Source: Podospora anserina (taxonomy: Eukaryota). From it: a DNA stretch of 64,000 bases. Positions within the stretch are counted from its first letter, which is position 1; the number at the start of each line of letters is the position of its first letter. The DNA lies in contig CM030334.1 in the NCBI GenBank assembly GCA_017654855.1, positions 868,001 to 932,000 on the forward strand, in the 5' to 3' direction. The notes beneath the pieces were generated by a model. The model worked only from the letters and a program-made list of their open reading frames with translations, made no database searches and was not told where the DNA came from. The translations under genes and the position numbers were made by a program. This document shows, piece after piece, positions 63,601-64,000 of this stretch.

Positions 63601-64000
63601 CAATTTGTGAGGGTTGTGGGATGAGCCGAAGCTCCGGAGCCGTGGGATGGGATAAATCGAGGGTCATCTCATCTCAACTCATCTTATTAGCCACCCTAGT
63701 TCTAGCTGTCACGGATGAAGTAGGTACTCGAAAGCTCTCCCTGTTTTGAATCGACTTGATGTCCAGACCAAGCAACACGACGAAGAAAAGAAAGAAAACC
63801 AAGTGCCGGTACACAAGATTTGCGGGCTTACACTGATGCTGGGATCCACCGGCAGCGACGACAGCATCGAATTTGGTGGCGGCAGCGGCGGCACGCTGAG
63901 GCGCGAGGGAGGCTGGGGAAGAGGGACAGCCGGCCGTTATCCCCAATGGCTCTCGGCCTGAGGTGATTGACTTGACCATGGATGACGAGGAAGACATGGT

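Overview
Eukaryotic, intron-containing fungal DNA. GT-AG introns with CTRAC-type branch points, the gene content and C-rich-to-G-rich genes suggest a Sordariales ascomycete, Podospora-like (inference). About 20 protein-coding genes can be supported: XAP5/FAM50, a METTL16-like methyltransferase, an AAA+ ATPase, a CVNH-like secreted protein, a divergent TauD dioxygenase/MFS permease pair, ribose-5-phosphate isomerase, a Zn2Cys6 transcription factor, a JEN1-like transporter, a SAM methyltransferase, several small secreted proteins, an alpha/beta hydrolase, a NACHT NLR-like gene, a YVC1 TRP channel and an AA9 LPMO. There is also an intron-containing tRNA-Arg(CCG). The most unusual features are (1) a 34.6-41.4 kb tandem array of frameshifted or stop-interrupted paralogous modules combining a C2H2 finger, an NTGY-repeat prion-like domain and DPRY motifs; (2) a NACHT gene with one in-frame TAG that could be resolved by A-to-I editing, readthrough or a cryptic intron; (3) a 1012-nt intron in the JEN1-like gene; (4) a 477-nt stop-free in-frame intron in the transcription factor; and (5) an abrupt C-to-G compositional switch inside many genes. 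All family calls come from motif recognition, not database searches.
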